Source: Lama guanicoe (Eukaryota). From it: 64,000 bases of DNA. Both the position numbers and the translations under genes were made by a program. The notes under the pieces were generated by a model. It was not told where the DNA came from. It searched no databases and worked only from the letters and a program-made list of their open reading frames with translations. The stretch covers positions 15,628,029 through 15,692,028 of the forward strand of contig MU054323.1 in NCBI GenBank assembly GCA_013239625.1. Direction: 5' to 3'. Position 1 is the first letter of the stretch, and the number at the start of each line of letters is the position of its first letter. Positions 26,080 to 39,139 of the stretch are shown here, piece after piece.

Positions 26080-26773
26080 ACCGTGAAGAACTCAGTGTGA
26101 CTCTGCAGTCAGTCCATCGAGCTGGGAGCAGTTGGTCGTCCTTCTTTTTCAAAATGGAAAACACGCCCTCAACAGGCAGAAGGAGGTAATACGCCAGAGT
26201 GCAGAAGAAATCCATCAAGGCCACAGCAAAGCCACTTCAGGGAAGTGTTAACAAGATCACAGGCTTTGGGAGGAATGTCTCAGGCCGTGGACAGACAGGC
26301 AGCCTGAACTTCAAAGGGGAGACCAAAAGGTTGTACAGAAGCAATGGACAGATGAGCTTGATAGTAATTCCAGAAAAAGTCTAGTTTGGATGATTAAAAA
26401 TTGGGCTTAATCTTTTAAAAGTGTTAGCATTTCAGCTTTTAAATCCCTAAAAGAAAGAACATTGGCTCTCTTTCGACCCATTAAGTTAGCTCTACTTGGT
26501 ATATGTGTGTGATGGTCTGTAAGGACCAGCTGCATTGTGCTCAGGTGAAAATAGTGACATAGCAACGATGGAGAGGCTGGAATCACAAGCCATTCCAGCC
26601 CCCGGAAGGAGTAATGCAGCAACCAGCACTTCTCCAATGGCTGTTGTCTTCCCGGCATTGTGCTGGGGTATAATAATGATCAAGGCACCGTCCTGTGTGC
26701 CAGGAGGTCTCATTTTAGAGGGGAGACACATCTCCCCTATTGCAGCCATGCTACCACTCAGAGATCAGCATGT
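26080..26773 (-). pseudogene. Two probable exon remnants: 26773-26478 (EKCWLLHYSFRGLEWLVIPASPSLLCHYFHLSTMQLVL...) and 26380-~26080 (DFFWNYYQAHLSIASVQPFGLPFEVQAACL...)
   Basis: Acceptors tttatgttgctctag and tccaaactag; phase-1 junction ATG G|AC; stops present. Confidence 0.5.
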
Positions 26774-27417
26774 CTAGAGCAACATAAAAGTGACATATGA
26801 CCTTCTAAGGCCAAAGGGACAAGACCTTTGAGAATTCGCTGTTCAAAGTGGTTGCCTTGGCAGGCAAAGCATTGTCCTTCCCTGGGTGCAGGCGAGCAGG
26901 AGCCTAGTAGCTTTCCTTCTGGGATACTTTAGATCCCCGAGTGTGTGTCTGAGTCCAGTGTCCTCTCAAATGCCATACTACTCTAAGCTCAGTAAGAACT
27001 GAAGGAAGACGTGCTTTGTGTAACGCATTTACTTTCCTCCTTTCTTTCCAAAATTGCTCTTACACAAGAGCTATTTCATCCAAAAGGAAACAAAAACGTG
27101 ATTAAGAAAAATTCATGCCTAAATACATACATTAATAATAAAAGAATAATTTTAAAAGAAAATAGAACCAAAAATTAATCCATCTCCGTACACAGTGCTG
27201 AACAGTTTGCTCTCTTGACCAATTACCTGAACTCACAGGTTATTTATATACCACATCTCAACCTAAAATTGGTAAACAGCATGATATTTGAAAAGACTCA
27301 AAGTTCTACTTAAAAATAATCTGATGACTGAAAGAACTCACAGATGCAAAGCCTAGAAGAGAATTTTTCAGCTAGCATACCACTTGTGTATTTTTAAATC
27401 TCCCTATGCTTGTTCAC

Positions 27418-27530
27418 ATCGCCGAAGAATTCCAGCCCAACTGATACCATTTAACAGGAGATGGTGGCACTTTTGAAGTGAGATTAAACAGATAGATATT
27501 CAGCTCTTTGATGAGGACTTGTTGTCTTCA
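27418..27530 (-). pseudogene. Exon remnant (RQQVLIKELNIYLFNLTSKVPPSPVKWYQLGWNSSA)
   Basis: Acceptor gtatttttcttaag; donor uncertain. Confidence 0.45.
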
Positions 27531-28169
27531 CTTAAGAAAAATACATAACACACAATTCATTTATGAGAAACCAAAGCGTTGCCTTTCAGGTGATCATTTA
27601 TCTCAAGGCTCCCTTTCTGCCCGTGGAAAGGGCAACTTGCAAAACTCAATAGTGCCCCATGGTGGAACTGTGAGACAACTGACATCTGATCAGGGTTTTG
27701 CTATTTTCCTTTCTGCTTTGCTTTGTTCTGCTTTCACATAATGATTTCTCTTTATAAGAGAAAATTTCTCTAGTCTAGAAACTATAACCAAATTTCTTTA
27801 GGAGTTGACAAAAGCAAAGAACTGATCCTACCTACATGTATTAAAAATGCAATACAGATGAATTTATGTTTCTTAGAAATGAGATACTCTTCATATTTTC
27901 TAACCGTCTATGTCAATGACTAATCCATACAAGTAGACAGAAAATAAAAGCTACTTGTCCAAAGGTTGTCTTATTCTTCCACACATAAAGCCCCAAAGGT
28001 AAGGACATTTAAAGCATAAAAAGAACCTTAGAAACATCCCAGAAAATCATTTTTCCCTAAAGGTATGAGACAAAAATTAGCATAAAATATAATGGCACCC
28101 TATTTCCAAGCTTCATCTCATAATTAAATCAGTTAAATTTTAAGAGAACTATGTAGATAATTCACACAC

Positions 28170-28568
28170 TTATTCTGTTTTCTTCCTAGTATGGAATGTG
28201 TATTGTGCAAGTCTAAAAGGGAGCAAAGTTTTGATCTGGGCTTGAAGCATGTGTGTGATCCTTGAAACCCCGGCGACAAAATGCACCCCATCTGCAATGA
28301 TGTATCTGGTTGTTGCATGGTTCTAATTAACACTTTCTTCTGCATCTTTTTTTTTTTTTCCTAATGGAGGTGCTGGGGATTGAACCCAGGATCCCATGCA
28401 TGCTAAGCATGCAGTCTACCACTGAGCTATACCTCCACCTCCTTCCTCTGCATCTTAAAGCTAGAACTTCTTCTGCGATTATTCTCCCTCTCTGCTATCC
28501 TGATATTTGGGGATGGCCCTTCAGGCTTTCTTGGGTTCTCAGGTTTTCAGGTGGATCATCTCCAGTAC
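28170..28568 (-). pseudogene. Possible exon remnant interrupted by a SINE (GTGDDPPENLRTQESLKGHPQISG*...YIIADGVHFVAGVSRITH...DQNFAPF*TCTIHIPY)
   Basis: Protein-like frames on both sides of the SINE at 28349-28446; acceptor tgtttaag; several disruptions. Confidence 0.4.
28349..28446 (-). mobile_element. tRNA-derived SINE, camelid Vic-1-like
   Basis: ggggattgaacccagg...ctaccactgagctat (antisense B and A boxes), poly-T, duplication TCTGCATCTT at 28339-28348 and 28447-28456. Confidence 0.85.
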
Positions 28569-29723
28569 CTTAAACACTCCCCCACAAGACACTGTTTCTC
28601 AGCTTTCACTCCCCTCCTTGCCCTCTGGGGGACTACTGTCATGGAGGACACCATCTCCAAACTTGAACTGCAACTGAAAAGCAAAATCATCTGAAAGAAC
28701 AAAAACAATACTGTCCAGCCATATGCGTATCTAAAGCAGTAAACAAGTCTCCCCCCAAACTGAATTTTTGTTAAACTATGTTACACTATATTGAAGAAGT
28801 ACAAGTTAGCAGAAACCTAGAGTAGAAAATTCCCAAAGTAGTGGTAGTCTTGTCACAACAACAGTAACAAAAATATATTCTTTACAAGTCAGGAATGAAA
28901 GGCACGGACACCTTTAAAAAATAATTAATGATGGTTAAAGCAGGATGTGTTATGATACCTGAAGAAGGTGCAAATCTGTAAACACTAAAAAGAAATGGAA
29001 AGCATAGATGAGGCTGGTAAAAAGTTGAGTGGAGCTGCAAAGAACTCCAGATATACGGGTGGATGCTTACAAACCCAAACTTCTGGGCAATTAATCAAAT
29101 AGATGACAATAGTTCAAAGAAGCTAATAAAAAATAGGAGGACCTTACAACACAGGGAATATAGCCAATATTTTATAACTATAAATGGAGTATAACCTTTA
29201 AAATTTGTGAATCATTATAGTGTACACCTGTACAATTATTGTATGGATGTATGCTAATTTGTTTGCCTACTTATTGGACTGTTTGCTTTTTCACAATTAG
29301 AAATTATGAAAAATTTAATATTGCACAGCAACTATACTTCAGTTAAAAAAAATAGGAAAATCTACAACCACGAATAATGAAGTAATCACAAAATGCCAAA
29401 AAGAAGACCACATAGTGAAATTCAGAAAACAAAAACATTTCCTAACCTGAAGGATTACGAAAGGACACGTTAGTATTTGGCAAAGTGAAAGAGTCCATTA
29501 ATTTCACACTCAGAAATCCTCAATGACATACACTTGTCACGATTTTCCACATTAACCAAGGCAGGATTTCCAGGCTGCCAGAAACAAGAAGAAACATTGA
29601 AAGGTGAAAGAGATAACAATGAATTTGGATCCTCTTTTCAGAATTTTGAAAAATGCAGAATCTTGTAGAAAAACATCTCTGAAGTGGAAGAAACTGATGC
29701 AGAATTGTGGCCTATGTTCTTAC

Positions 29724-29820
29724 CTTCCTTTAACTCAATCTGCCGGTGACCTGTGCCCTCTGCACTGTAGGCACGTGTTCCCAGGGCAGACTGCTTTTCT
29801 TCTGAACCTGGGGACTCTGG
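29724..29820 (-). pseudogene. Exon remnant (alternative acceptor at 29807)
   Basis: Strong donor AAG|gtaaga; acceptor ctcttag or ccccag; frame ambiguous. Confidence 0.5.
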
Positions 29821-30869
29821 CTAAGAGACTTTTTAAAAAAAAATTTCCTACTTTGTGCTCTTCTTGAACTCAGGTAGTATAATTTGGGCTCACATGATTA
29901 TAAATTCTCAAAATCAATTTATTTTTTCTACCTAGAGACTAACCAAGATGACAGAGTTCCAGGCCATTTCTGCTGCTGAGTAGGATTCTCCCCTCATCCG
30001 CCTCCTTCTTGAAGTTGTAGTCCTTCAAGGCAGCAGGCTACACACTGGGCAGTCAGGCATCTTTAGGAGACCCTAGCTCTTACCTCCTGCCCTCTGTGAA
30101 TGTTAAAACCTAAATCCCCACATTACTAAAACTAACAGCCCCTTCCCAGCCCCTTCTCCCCAGCCTTCTGTAGCACCAGCTCACCTGTTTACTCTTCTGG
30201 TTTTCATTTCTCTTTTCTCCTGGTCCCTGGAGAGTTCTCATACTTTCCACATGTTATATAATAAATATATTTGTAAATCACTTTAAATAAACACACAATT
30301 ATAGTATGAATGTATGGTAATATATTTACCTACCTATTGAACTTGCTTCTTCACAATTAGAAATAACACTTGGGTAAATATCCATATACCTAATCTTTTG
30401 TGGAAATATGTAATTATGTCCCTGGGGTAGATTTCTAGTAGTGGATGCTGAGTCAAAGGGTAAGCACATTTTGAAGGCTTTCTCTTCACATAGATAGCAG
30501 TATTTAGTACTTTTCTTATAAAATTTACTTAATGCTCTCTTGTTTTATACTTGCTGATGGACCTAACTTGTATTCTTTATTAGATGTCAAGTCTGGTGGT
30601 CAGTAAGTTCATAATATTCCATGAGTTTGAACATAAATACCTTGAAAGCACTTACTAAAAGCCTATTAGCTTAAATTAAATCAAAATTAGTAATTTTAAT
30701 GGTTCAGAATCAATAGTAATGAACTTGTCCTTGAGAGAGAATTTCAGCATAGAAAATGGCCTCTCAATGCAGGGCCTGCCTATCCAGATTTTGGGCTAGA
30801 TGTCCAAAGAGGGGAGAGGACGCAAGACTGGGGAATAATGAACAAGTGTGTGTTGGCAAAAGAGACAGA

Positions 30870-31672
30870 GAAAATGGCCAGTAAGTACATGAAAAGATGC
30901 TCAACTTTACCAGTCATTATAGAAATGCCAATCAAAATGACAATGAGACATTCACGTCATACCCAACAGGATGGCTGAAATAAAAAGACAGACGATAACA
31001 AGTGTTGGTGAGGATGTGGAGAAACTGGGAATCTCATGCCTTGCCCATGGAAATGGAAAACAGGGCAATGACTTTGAAAAATAGTTTGGCAGTTCCTCAA
31101 AATGTCAAACATAGAGTTACCATATGACCTAGCAATTTCAGTCCTGGGTATCTATCCAGAAGGAATGAAAACATCTCTCCACACAAACACTTGTACATGA
31201 ATGCTCACACCAACATTATTCAAATTCACACTAGCCAAAAAGTGAAAACAGCCCAAACGTCCACCAGTTGCTGACTGGATAAACAAGATGTGGTACATCC
31301 ATACAAGGAAATGTTATTTGGCCATAAAAGGAATGGAGCGCTGATACATGCCACAACATGCACGAACCTTGTAAATGTTATGCCGAGTGAAAGAAGCCAG
31401 CCATGAAAGACCACATACTGTATGAGTCCACTTGACTGATATGCCCGTAATAGGCAAATCCATAGAGACCAAAAGCCGACAAACGGTTGCCAGGGGCTGG
31501 GGGAGGAGAGAATGGGAGTGACTGCTAATTGGTATTGGGGCTTCTTTGGAGGATGGTAAAAATGTTCTACAGTTAGATTATGGTGATGTTTGCACAACTC
31601 TGGAAAAACCATGCATTGTACACGTTAAACAAGCAGATTTTATGGTATGTAAATTATATCTCAATAAAGCTG
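30870..31672 (+). mobile_element. L1MB/MC 3' end
   Basis: acatgaaaagatgctcaac...aaattatatctcaataaagctg. Confidence 0.8.
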
Positions 31673-31958
31673 TGGGGAGAAAAGGAGAGGAAAGGAAAAG
31701 AGATCTGAACTCCAACATACTTGTCTCACCCTTCTTGTAAAACCCCACATTCCAGTAATTACCATTCTTAGACAGCAAATTTCTCTCATTGGCTCGATCA
31801 TAGTTTGACGTCTGCCCCCAAATGACCAGAGCTTATAAAGAGGTCAGTGCATCCTCATTTTTCTCCTCACCTCTTTTTATTTATATTTTATTTATTTATT
31901 TATTTTAACTGCCATTGACTTCAGCATGGATTTACCCCTTCCGAATCTTATTCGTTAC

Positions 31959-32105
31959 CCTATTTTCTGGCCGAGCACACCATGGGCTCTGCGGAGGAAT
32001 TTATTGCACGTGCCCCTTAGGCTAACATCGTTTAACAACCTCTTTCTTCATGCTGCCTGCCTCTTTGCAAAAGTCTTTGAGAGCAAAGGGAGGAAGGCTT
32101 TTACT
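31959..32105 (-). pseudogene. Exon remnant (VKAFLPLLSKTFAKRQAA*RKRLLNDVSLRGTCNKFLRRAHGVLGQKI)
   Basis: Acceptor ttatttaag, donor AGG|gtaacg; 147 nt, phase 2>2, one TGA. Confidence 0.55.
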
Positions 32106-32447
32106 CTTAAATAATTAATGTGCCTTTGCATAGAGCTCAAAGATTATAACCTCACGATTGTCGCTGCAAAATGCAAAACTTGAATGATAAACTACTGTGA
32201 CCAGTTGTTTCAGAGACAGTGAAACACATATGTGGTGTGATCTTACTTCAGAAATATCCTCTCCTTCCCTTCTTCACCCCTAAACCCACCTCTGCAACTG
32301 GGAAATAGGCATAATGGAGACATTTTCCAGAAAAATGGCATAAAAAAACATTTTTTAAAAAGGTACATCAGCCCCTTCTCCCTAATCTTAACTTCCATGG
32401 TGCCACCCTTCCCTGCGTCTCTTCCCGGAACCTTCTAGCAATCTCAC

Positions 32448-32624
32448 GGTGATTCATAACTACAGCTCTTCTCAACCCTGTAGTCTCCATGTATGGGCAC
32501 TTCTGCAGGGATTTCCAGAGTTTTATGCAGACACGGGAGCGGATCTGGTGGGGTCAGGGAGAACGTCTCCTTTGCTCGGGAGGGCAGACTGGCAGTTGTC
32601 CGTGGTGAAGGAAGGGGGACTTTG
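32448..32624 (-). pseudogene. Exon remnant, open (KVPLPSPRTTASLPSRAKETFSLTPPDPLPCLHKTLEIPAEVPIHGDYRVEKSCSYES)
   Basis: Acceptor cttttttctttag, donor ACC|gtgaga; 177 nt, phase 2>2. Confidence 0.7.
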
Positions 32625-33007
32625 CTAAAGAAAAAAGTCCTCTAGACAAGAGGACTGAATTAGGGGTTAGACCAATTGTCCAAAGACACAAAGAGTAATA
32701 AACAGCAACCTGAATTCCATAGAGACCGGGAAGCTTGATGGAGAAAGCCTATTTTTTTTTTCCTTCTTACCAATCTATTCTTAGAGATGCTAAAAATGCA
32801 TCTGGCATGAGAACTAAATAGATCAGTTAACTTTTTCTTTTTCTTTCCAATAGGCTCTCACAGAGCCCTCTCTTCTATTTTTATGATTTTATGCATGTGC
32901 TTTGATATTTTTCTATTTCTTTCCCCCCATTTTCTCTCAAGAGCTTACTCCTAACCACAAAGTGTGATGACATACCTTCATTCAATATAGCATAAGAAGC
33001 GGTTTAC

Positions 33008-33063
33008 ATTCTTGCTTCACTCTGCCAAAAGGGGAGTGATTTTTCCTTTTAAGGTGTTTCCAA
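33008..33063 (-). pseudogene. Small exon remnant (WKHLKRKNHSPFGRVKQE)
   Basis: Strong acceptor ccttctttccccaattttgtag, donor AAT|gtaaac; 56 nt. Confidence 0.5.
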
Positions 33064-33339
33064 CTACAAAATTGGGGAAAGAAGGAGGGCAGGCCACACA
33101 CAGAGAATCTGCACTCTGGTTGACTTGAGCTCACTTTTAAATTTAGAGCCAGGAAGCTTGAAACTAAAACAAACTGCAATGCATTTGGCTGTGTGTGGCA
33201 GGAAGTGAGCTTTCCTATGCTGAAATCATAAAGTGGGGCATTTTTTAAATGATAAGTAGTCATCCTTTCAAAGGATACTTTTTTTTTGGTCTCAGTCCAG
33301 ATCTTAATTTGCTAACCAGGCAGGTAGCCACTGTGGTGG

Positions 33340-36030
33340 AAAAAGGGAAGAGACTGCACTGCAGATCTAGCACCCTCTCTGACACTGGTATCAGAAGTCC
33401 AGAGCTTGACGTTAGAGACCCTCATGTGCTGGGGAAAGGTTATTGGCACACAGCTGAAGGGAGAAGCATGGGAATCAGTGGATCATCCAGGAAGAGAGTA
33501 AAACAGGGGAAAGGGCCTGGGACTGAGCCCTGGGGACACCAACAAATAGGGGGAAAGCAAAGGAGGAAGTGCCAGCAGAGGAGATGGAGAAGGAGTAACC
33601 AGTGAGGCAGAAGAAAACCAGAGAGGGGGACCTCATGCCATCTGGGCAGCCGCCAGAAGAGAGGGTTTCAAGAAAGACATGTCAGATGCACAGAAAGATC
33701 AAGTAAGGGGCGAACAGAGAGGTGGCCGTTGCACTTGGCCTTGAGGAGGTAATGGGTGATGTTGGCAGGAACAGTTTCAGAGGAGTGGTGAAGACCAACC
33801 CCACAAGAAAAGTGGGAGAGAGAGTAAGAAAGGGGGGCCTGTGAACATACATAACTTTCAAGAAGTTTGTGTGTGAAGGAAAGCAAACATTTGAGGCAGT
33901 AACTAGATGGCAATATGGAGTCACAGGAGGTTTTGGTTTTTTTTTTGGTCTGTTTTTCAAGATGGAAGGTTTTAGATCATGTTGGACTGCTGATGAGAAT
34001 GCCTCAGAAGAGAGGGAGAATTGCCTGTTGCAAGACAAAGAAGGTATAGTTCCAAGACCAGAGTATCTGAGACAGTGAGCAGGGGACGGTAGAGGGGCAG
34101 ACAGAATCTCTGAAACCGAAAGGAAGGATGAAGCTACGCATGCAGGTATTTTGTAGAGTTGGTTGTGGAAAGATGAGAGCATTCCTGCTGGATTGGTTCT
34201 TCTTTCCTATGGAAAATGTGAGGCAAAATCTCCAGGTGACAGTGGAGATTGTGAGGGAGGGATAGACATGGACGGTTCGAAGACAGAGGGGCAGGTAAGA
34301 GAGACTTCTGAGGAGTGAAGGAGCAAACACAGGAAGGCAGGATGAAGCAGCGGGCGGTGCTGACTGCCTGTGAGATTTATGGCCATGAATTCAATGGGAT
34401 GCAAGTCAGAATATTGAGTGCTCTTCTCAGACAGCCTTCAGCAGCTCAGGTGTTGATGAGGACGAGGCAGATAGCTGGGTTTAGCCGCGGCTGGAATTCA
34501 GTCAGATGATTATGATGGAGGAAGAGTTGAGTTGTTTAGGGTGCATGACCCCAGAACCCATCCTGGGTAAGGACAGAAATGCAAACATGAGGGTGGTGGG
34601 AAATGGGGGAAAAAAAAGTAGGGTCATTGAGATTGAAAATCTCAGTGATTATTTAAAAATTATTGGAGCAGAGGTATTAAAGCAGGTAAGATAGAACGAT
34701 AGAAAAAGCAGCCAGGGAATGAAATTAAAGCTGATATTTTGGAAATTGTGCAGAGAATGGTGTGATTAAGTTCAAGGATGACCCTGGGAATGGATCTCTG
34801 AGGTTTTCTTGATTTCACTCCAAATTTCTCCTTTCCCTGTCTTGCCTCAGGGCCATTGTACCTGGTTCCTTCTGGTCATTTAGGTTTCAGCTCAAATGAC
34901 TAAATTAGCCCCTCTCTAAGCCCCACGGCCCCCCTGCCACCACCTACCACATCGTCTTTGCATTTTCCTTCCTCCTCTCAAGATCTGCATTACAGTACTT
35001 GTTTGTTTGTTTGTTTTTTGTCTAAACCTCTGATGAAAATATAAACTCAACAAGGAAAGAAATCATGCCTTTCTAGTTTGCCACAGTATTCTCAGCAACT
35101 AGGACAGTGTCTGGGACACAGTAGATACTCAGTAAATCCTTGTGGTGTGAATGGAAAAAAAAAGGCCAAGTGAGAATTCAGCAGAAAATGTGCCGTATCT
35201 CCAACACTAAATCCTGAAAATCATGCTTCAAATGTCATCCCTTCAGATTAAGAGCTTCAGTTTCTGTCAAAATGCCACTGACATGTGGTACCCTAAAAGG
35301 GAGACAACATAATCCACCTGAGCAATAGAATAACTGAGAATGAGTAACCTGAGTCTAACCATGAGGACAAGTCAGGCAGATGTAAAATGAAGATTTTTAT
35401 ATCAAAATAAAAATGAGGAGGGACTACATTCTTCAAAAATGTCATAAAAGACAAAGAGGCTGGGAGGAGGAGGGGTTGGGAGAGTGGCTAAGAGGTGCTC
35501 TTCATGGAGTGATGAAAATGTTCTAGAATTGACTGTGGTCATAGATGCAAACTCTGAATATACTAAAAGCCATTGAATTACATACTTTAAAAGGGTGAGT
35601 TTTATTATATGTGAATTGTATCTCAATTAATTTTTTTTTCTTTTTTTTTACAGAGAAACAATGAGGCAGGATCGAGAGTAGTGACAATTCTCTGATTCTG
35701 ACTGGCTGAGCTGGGTGGATGGGGCCACCACAAATCAGTCAGGGAATTCAGAAGGACGACAAGCTCCTTTCTGGACATTTTGGTTTGAAGTGCCAGTGAG
35801 ATATCAGACGGTGATGATGAATGGTGAGGGGCACTTGTGAGAGAGAGTCAAGAGAAAGAGATGTGAAATAATTCAGCACATACTTTGTACTTAAGTCTAT
35901 GGAAATGAATATAACAAACGAAGGGGGGCACATGGGGTGACAAGATTGTTCTTTAAACAGGACTTTCCATACCAGACAGAAGAAGAGGAGCCTTCAAAGG
36001 AGAGTGAGTAGAAGCTATCAGAGAGCAAAG
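33340..36030. mobile_element. Long L2 remnants with an L1MC 3' fragment (~35230-35640)
   Basis: Purine-rich L2 body motifs; L1 tail ttgtatctcaattaa. Confidence 0.6.
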
Positions 36031-36095
36031 AGGTAAATAAACACCCTAACACCTGCTCAGTCCAGTTGTGTCAGTAACTCAGTGCTTCCAAATAC

Positions 36096-36323
36096 CTGGG
36101 AGCATCTCCAAAGGTGACTTTGTTCAATCAGGGAACCTGGTGGTCAAGTGTGCCCATTCTGGACTCAGACTGCCGTTGGCCTGTGACTGCGCCCGCTGTC
36201 TGGACACTGCCCACCAGGCCTCCGGGCTGTCCTGAACCCGAGCCCACCTGCCCGTGCTCCCCTGTCACGTGGTTGGGATCACACTCTCCTCCCCATGCTG
36301 TTTTCATCATTTTCGCTGTTCTG
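36096..36323 (-). pseudogene. Exon remnant (RTAKMMKTAWGGECDPNHVTGEHG...DHQVP*LNKVTFGDAP)
   Basis: Acceptor ctacttcattag, donor CAG|gtattt; 228 nt, phase 2>2, one TGA. Confidence 0.65.
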
Positions 36324-36839
36324 CTAATGAAGTAGTTATGTTCAGCTTTCATCATAATTAGCATTCATTTAGTTCAAGTGCTTTGTAATTAATCTTTAAT
36401 GCTAATTAATCTTTTTCTACATTAATACATCAGAGAACATGTGAAAGCAAAACATTTTTCTTTCTTGTATATTAAATTAAGCTTCTTCACCCTAATAGCG
36501 GGATGGAAGGAAAGATAACTAGACAAATCAGGCCATAGAAAACCTCCATTTGCCGAAACACCGACACTCCGGTCTGCGTCAAATTGTGCATTTAGAAAAT
36601 TAGAGAAATAAGCTCATCCAGACCATATTTTGTCCTGTTTTTCCTCAGTTAGCAAGACATCTCTACTCAACTAGTTTATGGTTTTAAAAAAATTAAGATT
36701 TTTCCAATATTCACTTTTATATCTGGTCAGGACTTCTGTAATTGAATTTTAAGTGTGGGAATATCAGCAAAGGCTGCCCAGGCATGTGCTCCAGATCATG
36801 TTCTTTATTATTACCTTCGAGGCAACAAATAGGCCTTAC

Positions 36840-36910
36840 TTGTGTAAGTCCCGCTCTATGATTTTAAACAATCTTTTCCACGTAACTTTCTGTACTGATC
36901 CTTCAGAGAC
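36840..36910 (-). pseudogene. Exon remnant, open (VSEGSVQKVTWKRLFKIIERDLH)
   Basis: Acceptor ctgtctccaccccag, donor CAA|gtaagg; 71 nt, phase 0>2. Confidence 0.75.
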
Positions 36911-37019
36911 CTGGGGTGGAGACAGTACCAGCAGGAGAGAGGCCGCTTGGGTTTAAGCCCTGACTCCGTTCCCCTGACTCTGTGTCCCCAGGCATGTCCC
37001 CCTCTCTCCCCTTTTCTCA

Positions 37020-39035
37020 TTTCTAAAATAATTGCTGCTCATTGGGGTTGCTTGAAGATGAAATGAACCCATATATGCAAAATGCTTAGAATGGTGCCTG
37101 GTATAGAGTAAATGCTCAATAAATACAGTTGACACTTGAACAACACGGGGGGGTGGGTGCAGTTAGGGTCAATGACCACCCGCAACCCCTGCAGTCAAAA
37201 ATCTGCATCTATCTTTTGACTTTATGAGAACTCACAACTGCTAATACTCCACTGTTGACCAGAGGCCTTCTGATAACATAAACAGTCAATTCACACATAT
37301 TTTGCGTGTTATACATACACCTATTTTATGCATTCATGACATACTTTGTTCTTACTTTTTTTTCTCTTGTTGAAATGCATTGGCTAACACCTCCAGTACA
37401 ATGCTGAATAGCAGTAGACAGTAGGTATCCTTAATGAGTTTCTGATTTTAGTGGAAATGCCCCTAGAGTTTCCCCTTTAAGTAAGATGATGGATTTTAGG
37501 ACTAGGATACATGTATATTTTATTATGTTAAGTATCCACCAATTCTTATTCTCTTGAATACTTCTATCAGTAGGAAGCAATGTGAGTCCAGAGAGAGGAT
37601 ATGGGAAGAAAGACACAATGGCAAACATGGACACTGACAGGGTATGCCAGTGTATTAACCATAAAAATCTTCACTCCTCTCTTCCAGCCACACCCTTGCC
37701 ATAGCCTTTTTATGGGCAGAGTCTCATTCCCTGCCTCTGGGCTTTGGGGTTAGTCATGAAACTTGTTTTGGCCAATTGAATGGCCAGAAAAGAAATGACA
37801 GTGTACTCGTTCTAAGACTAAACCTTAAGGGCCTTCACAAATTTCCTATTGCCCACTTATGACTTTGCCATTCCCGGGAGAAGCAGCTCTTCCCCCGCAC
37901 AGCTGTTGCCCTGCAGCACGGGTACCAAAATAAATATATGTAGAACAGAGGCTCCCTAGCCAGCCACAGGCCCACACTGAGAAGCAGAGCTGTACAGCCC
38001 AGCACAGCACGGCTTAGATCAGCAGAGCCCCAGCTGACGAGTGTTCAGTGAACCAGCCCTTTAGTTTAGATTCCATTTGCTTATTTGGCATAAAAGGGAG
38101 ATATAAGGCCTATAATCTCTTGCCAACCATTTTGAGCCCTTGTTTTGAATTAGGTACTTTTGTATTTTGCTAATGTGCCAGACCAGCAGCCTTTTTTAAC
38201 GCTAGGATCTACGTTATAGCCTCCAGTTCCTAATAATCATTCTTTAGGTCTTTGAACCTCTTTTATGCTCTTGCAATCACAGTGATTTATCTGCGTTTAT
38301 TTTGTGTCAGTTTGGCCTGGAATATTGTGGGTGTTGTCCAATGTTTGATACAGTGGTTCCAGCTCATTTCTTTCAGGGAAGCATTTGGGAGTAGTAATCT
38401 TCCTAACATCCTGTTTTGTTTTGTTTTGTTTTGTTTTTTAACAGCCTGAGGAAGAAGATGAATTCTATTGGTCTACTGTCTCTTTTGCACCACGAAGTCT
38501 ACATTTTGAATCACAATCAGTAACTCCTATCTAATCTCTAATCAATTTTCCCTCTGATATACTCTTAAGAACTCTTCTAGTTTTGGAGGCTCTTGTACAT
38601 TCCTTGGCAATTTGACTACCTATAGTCTATTGTTTGTAAGTTATTCCATACTCCCATTTTGGCACCTTCAATTTTTTTGAAAGATATTTCCTTGTAATAA
38701 CCTCTTTGCTTCTGACAGATAGTGATGATATAAATTTAATAAATGTTAATTATGCACAGACATAGAAAACAAACTTATGGTTAGCAGGGGTGAAGGGGGA
38801 TGGGAAGGTATAAATTTGAGAGTTCTAGATTTGCAGATCCTAACTACCATATATAAAATAGATAAACAAGAAGTTTCTATTGTATAGCACAGGGAACTAT
38901 TCTCAATATCTTACAGTAACCCATAAGGAAAAAGAACATGAAAAGGAATGTACGTATGTATATGTATGACTGAGGCATTATGCTGTACATCAGAAATTGA
39001 CGCAACATTGTGAACTGACTACACTTCAGTTTTTT
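37020..39035. mobile_element. MIR, Tigger1 end (~37125), MLT1-type LTR, antisense L1ME and a young L1 3' end (~38750-39035)
   Basis: tacagttgacacttgaacaacacggggg; gacatagaaaacaaacttatggtta...gtatagcacagggaactat. Confidence 0.7.
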
Positions 39036-39139
39036 TAAATGTTAATTACGTTAACAAATTTTCTATTCACATTGACACTATACAAAACACGTGCACTAAG
39101 CAGTAATATTCAACAGTGTCGAGGAAACTGAACTAACAC

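Noticed and set aside
28349..28446. tRNA gene
   Set aside because: A/B boxes are present, but the poly(A) tail and target-site duplication identify a SINE.
33682..34330. 166-aa and 108-aa minus-strand ORFs
   Set aside because: They lie within L2 remnants; low-complexity translation.
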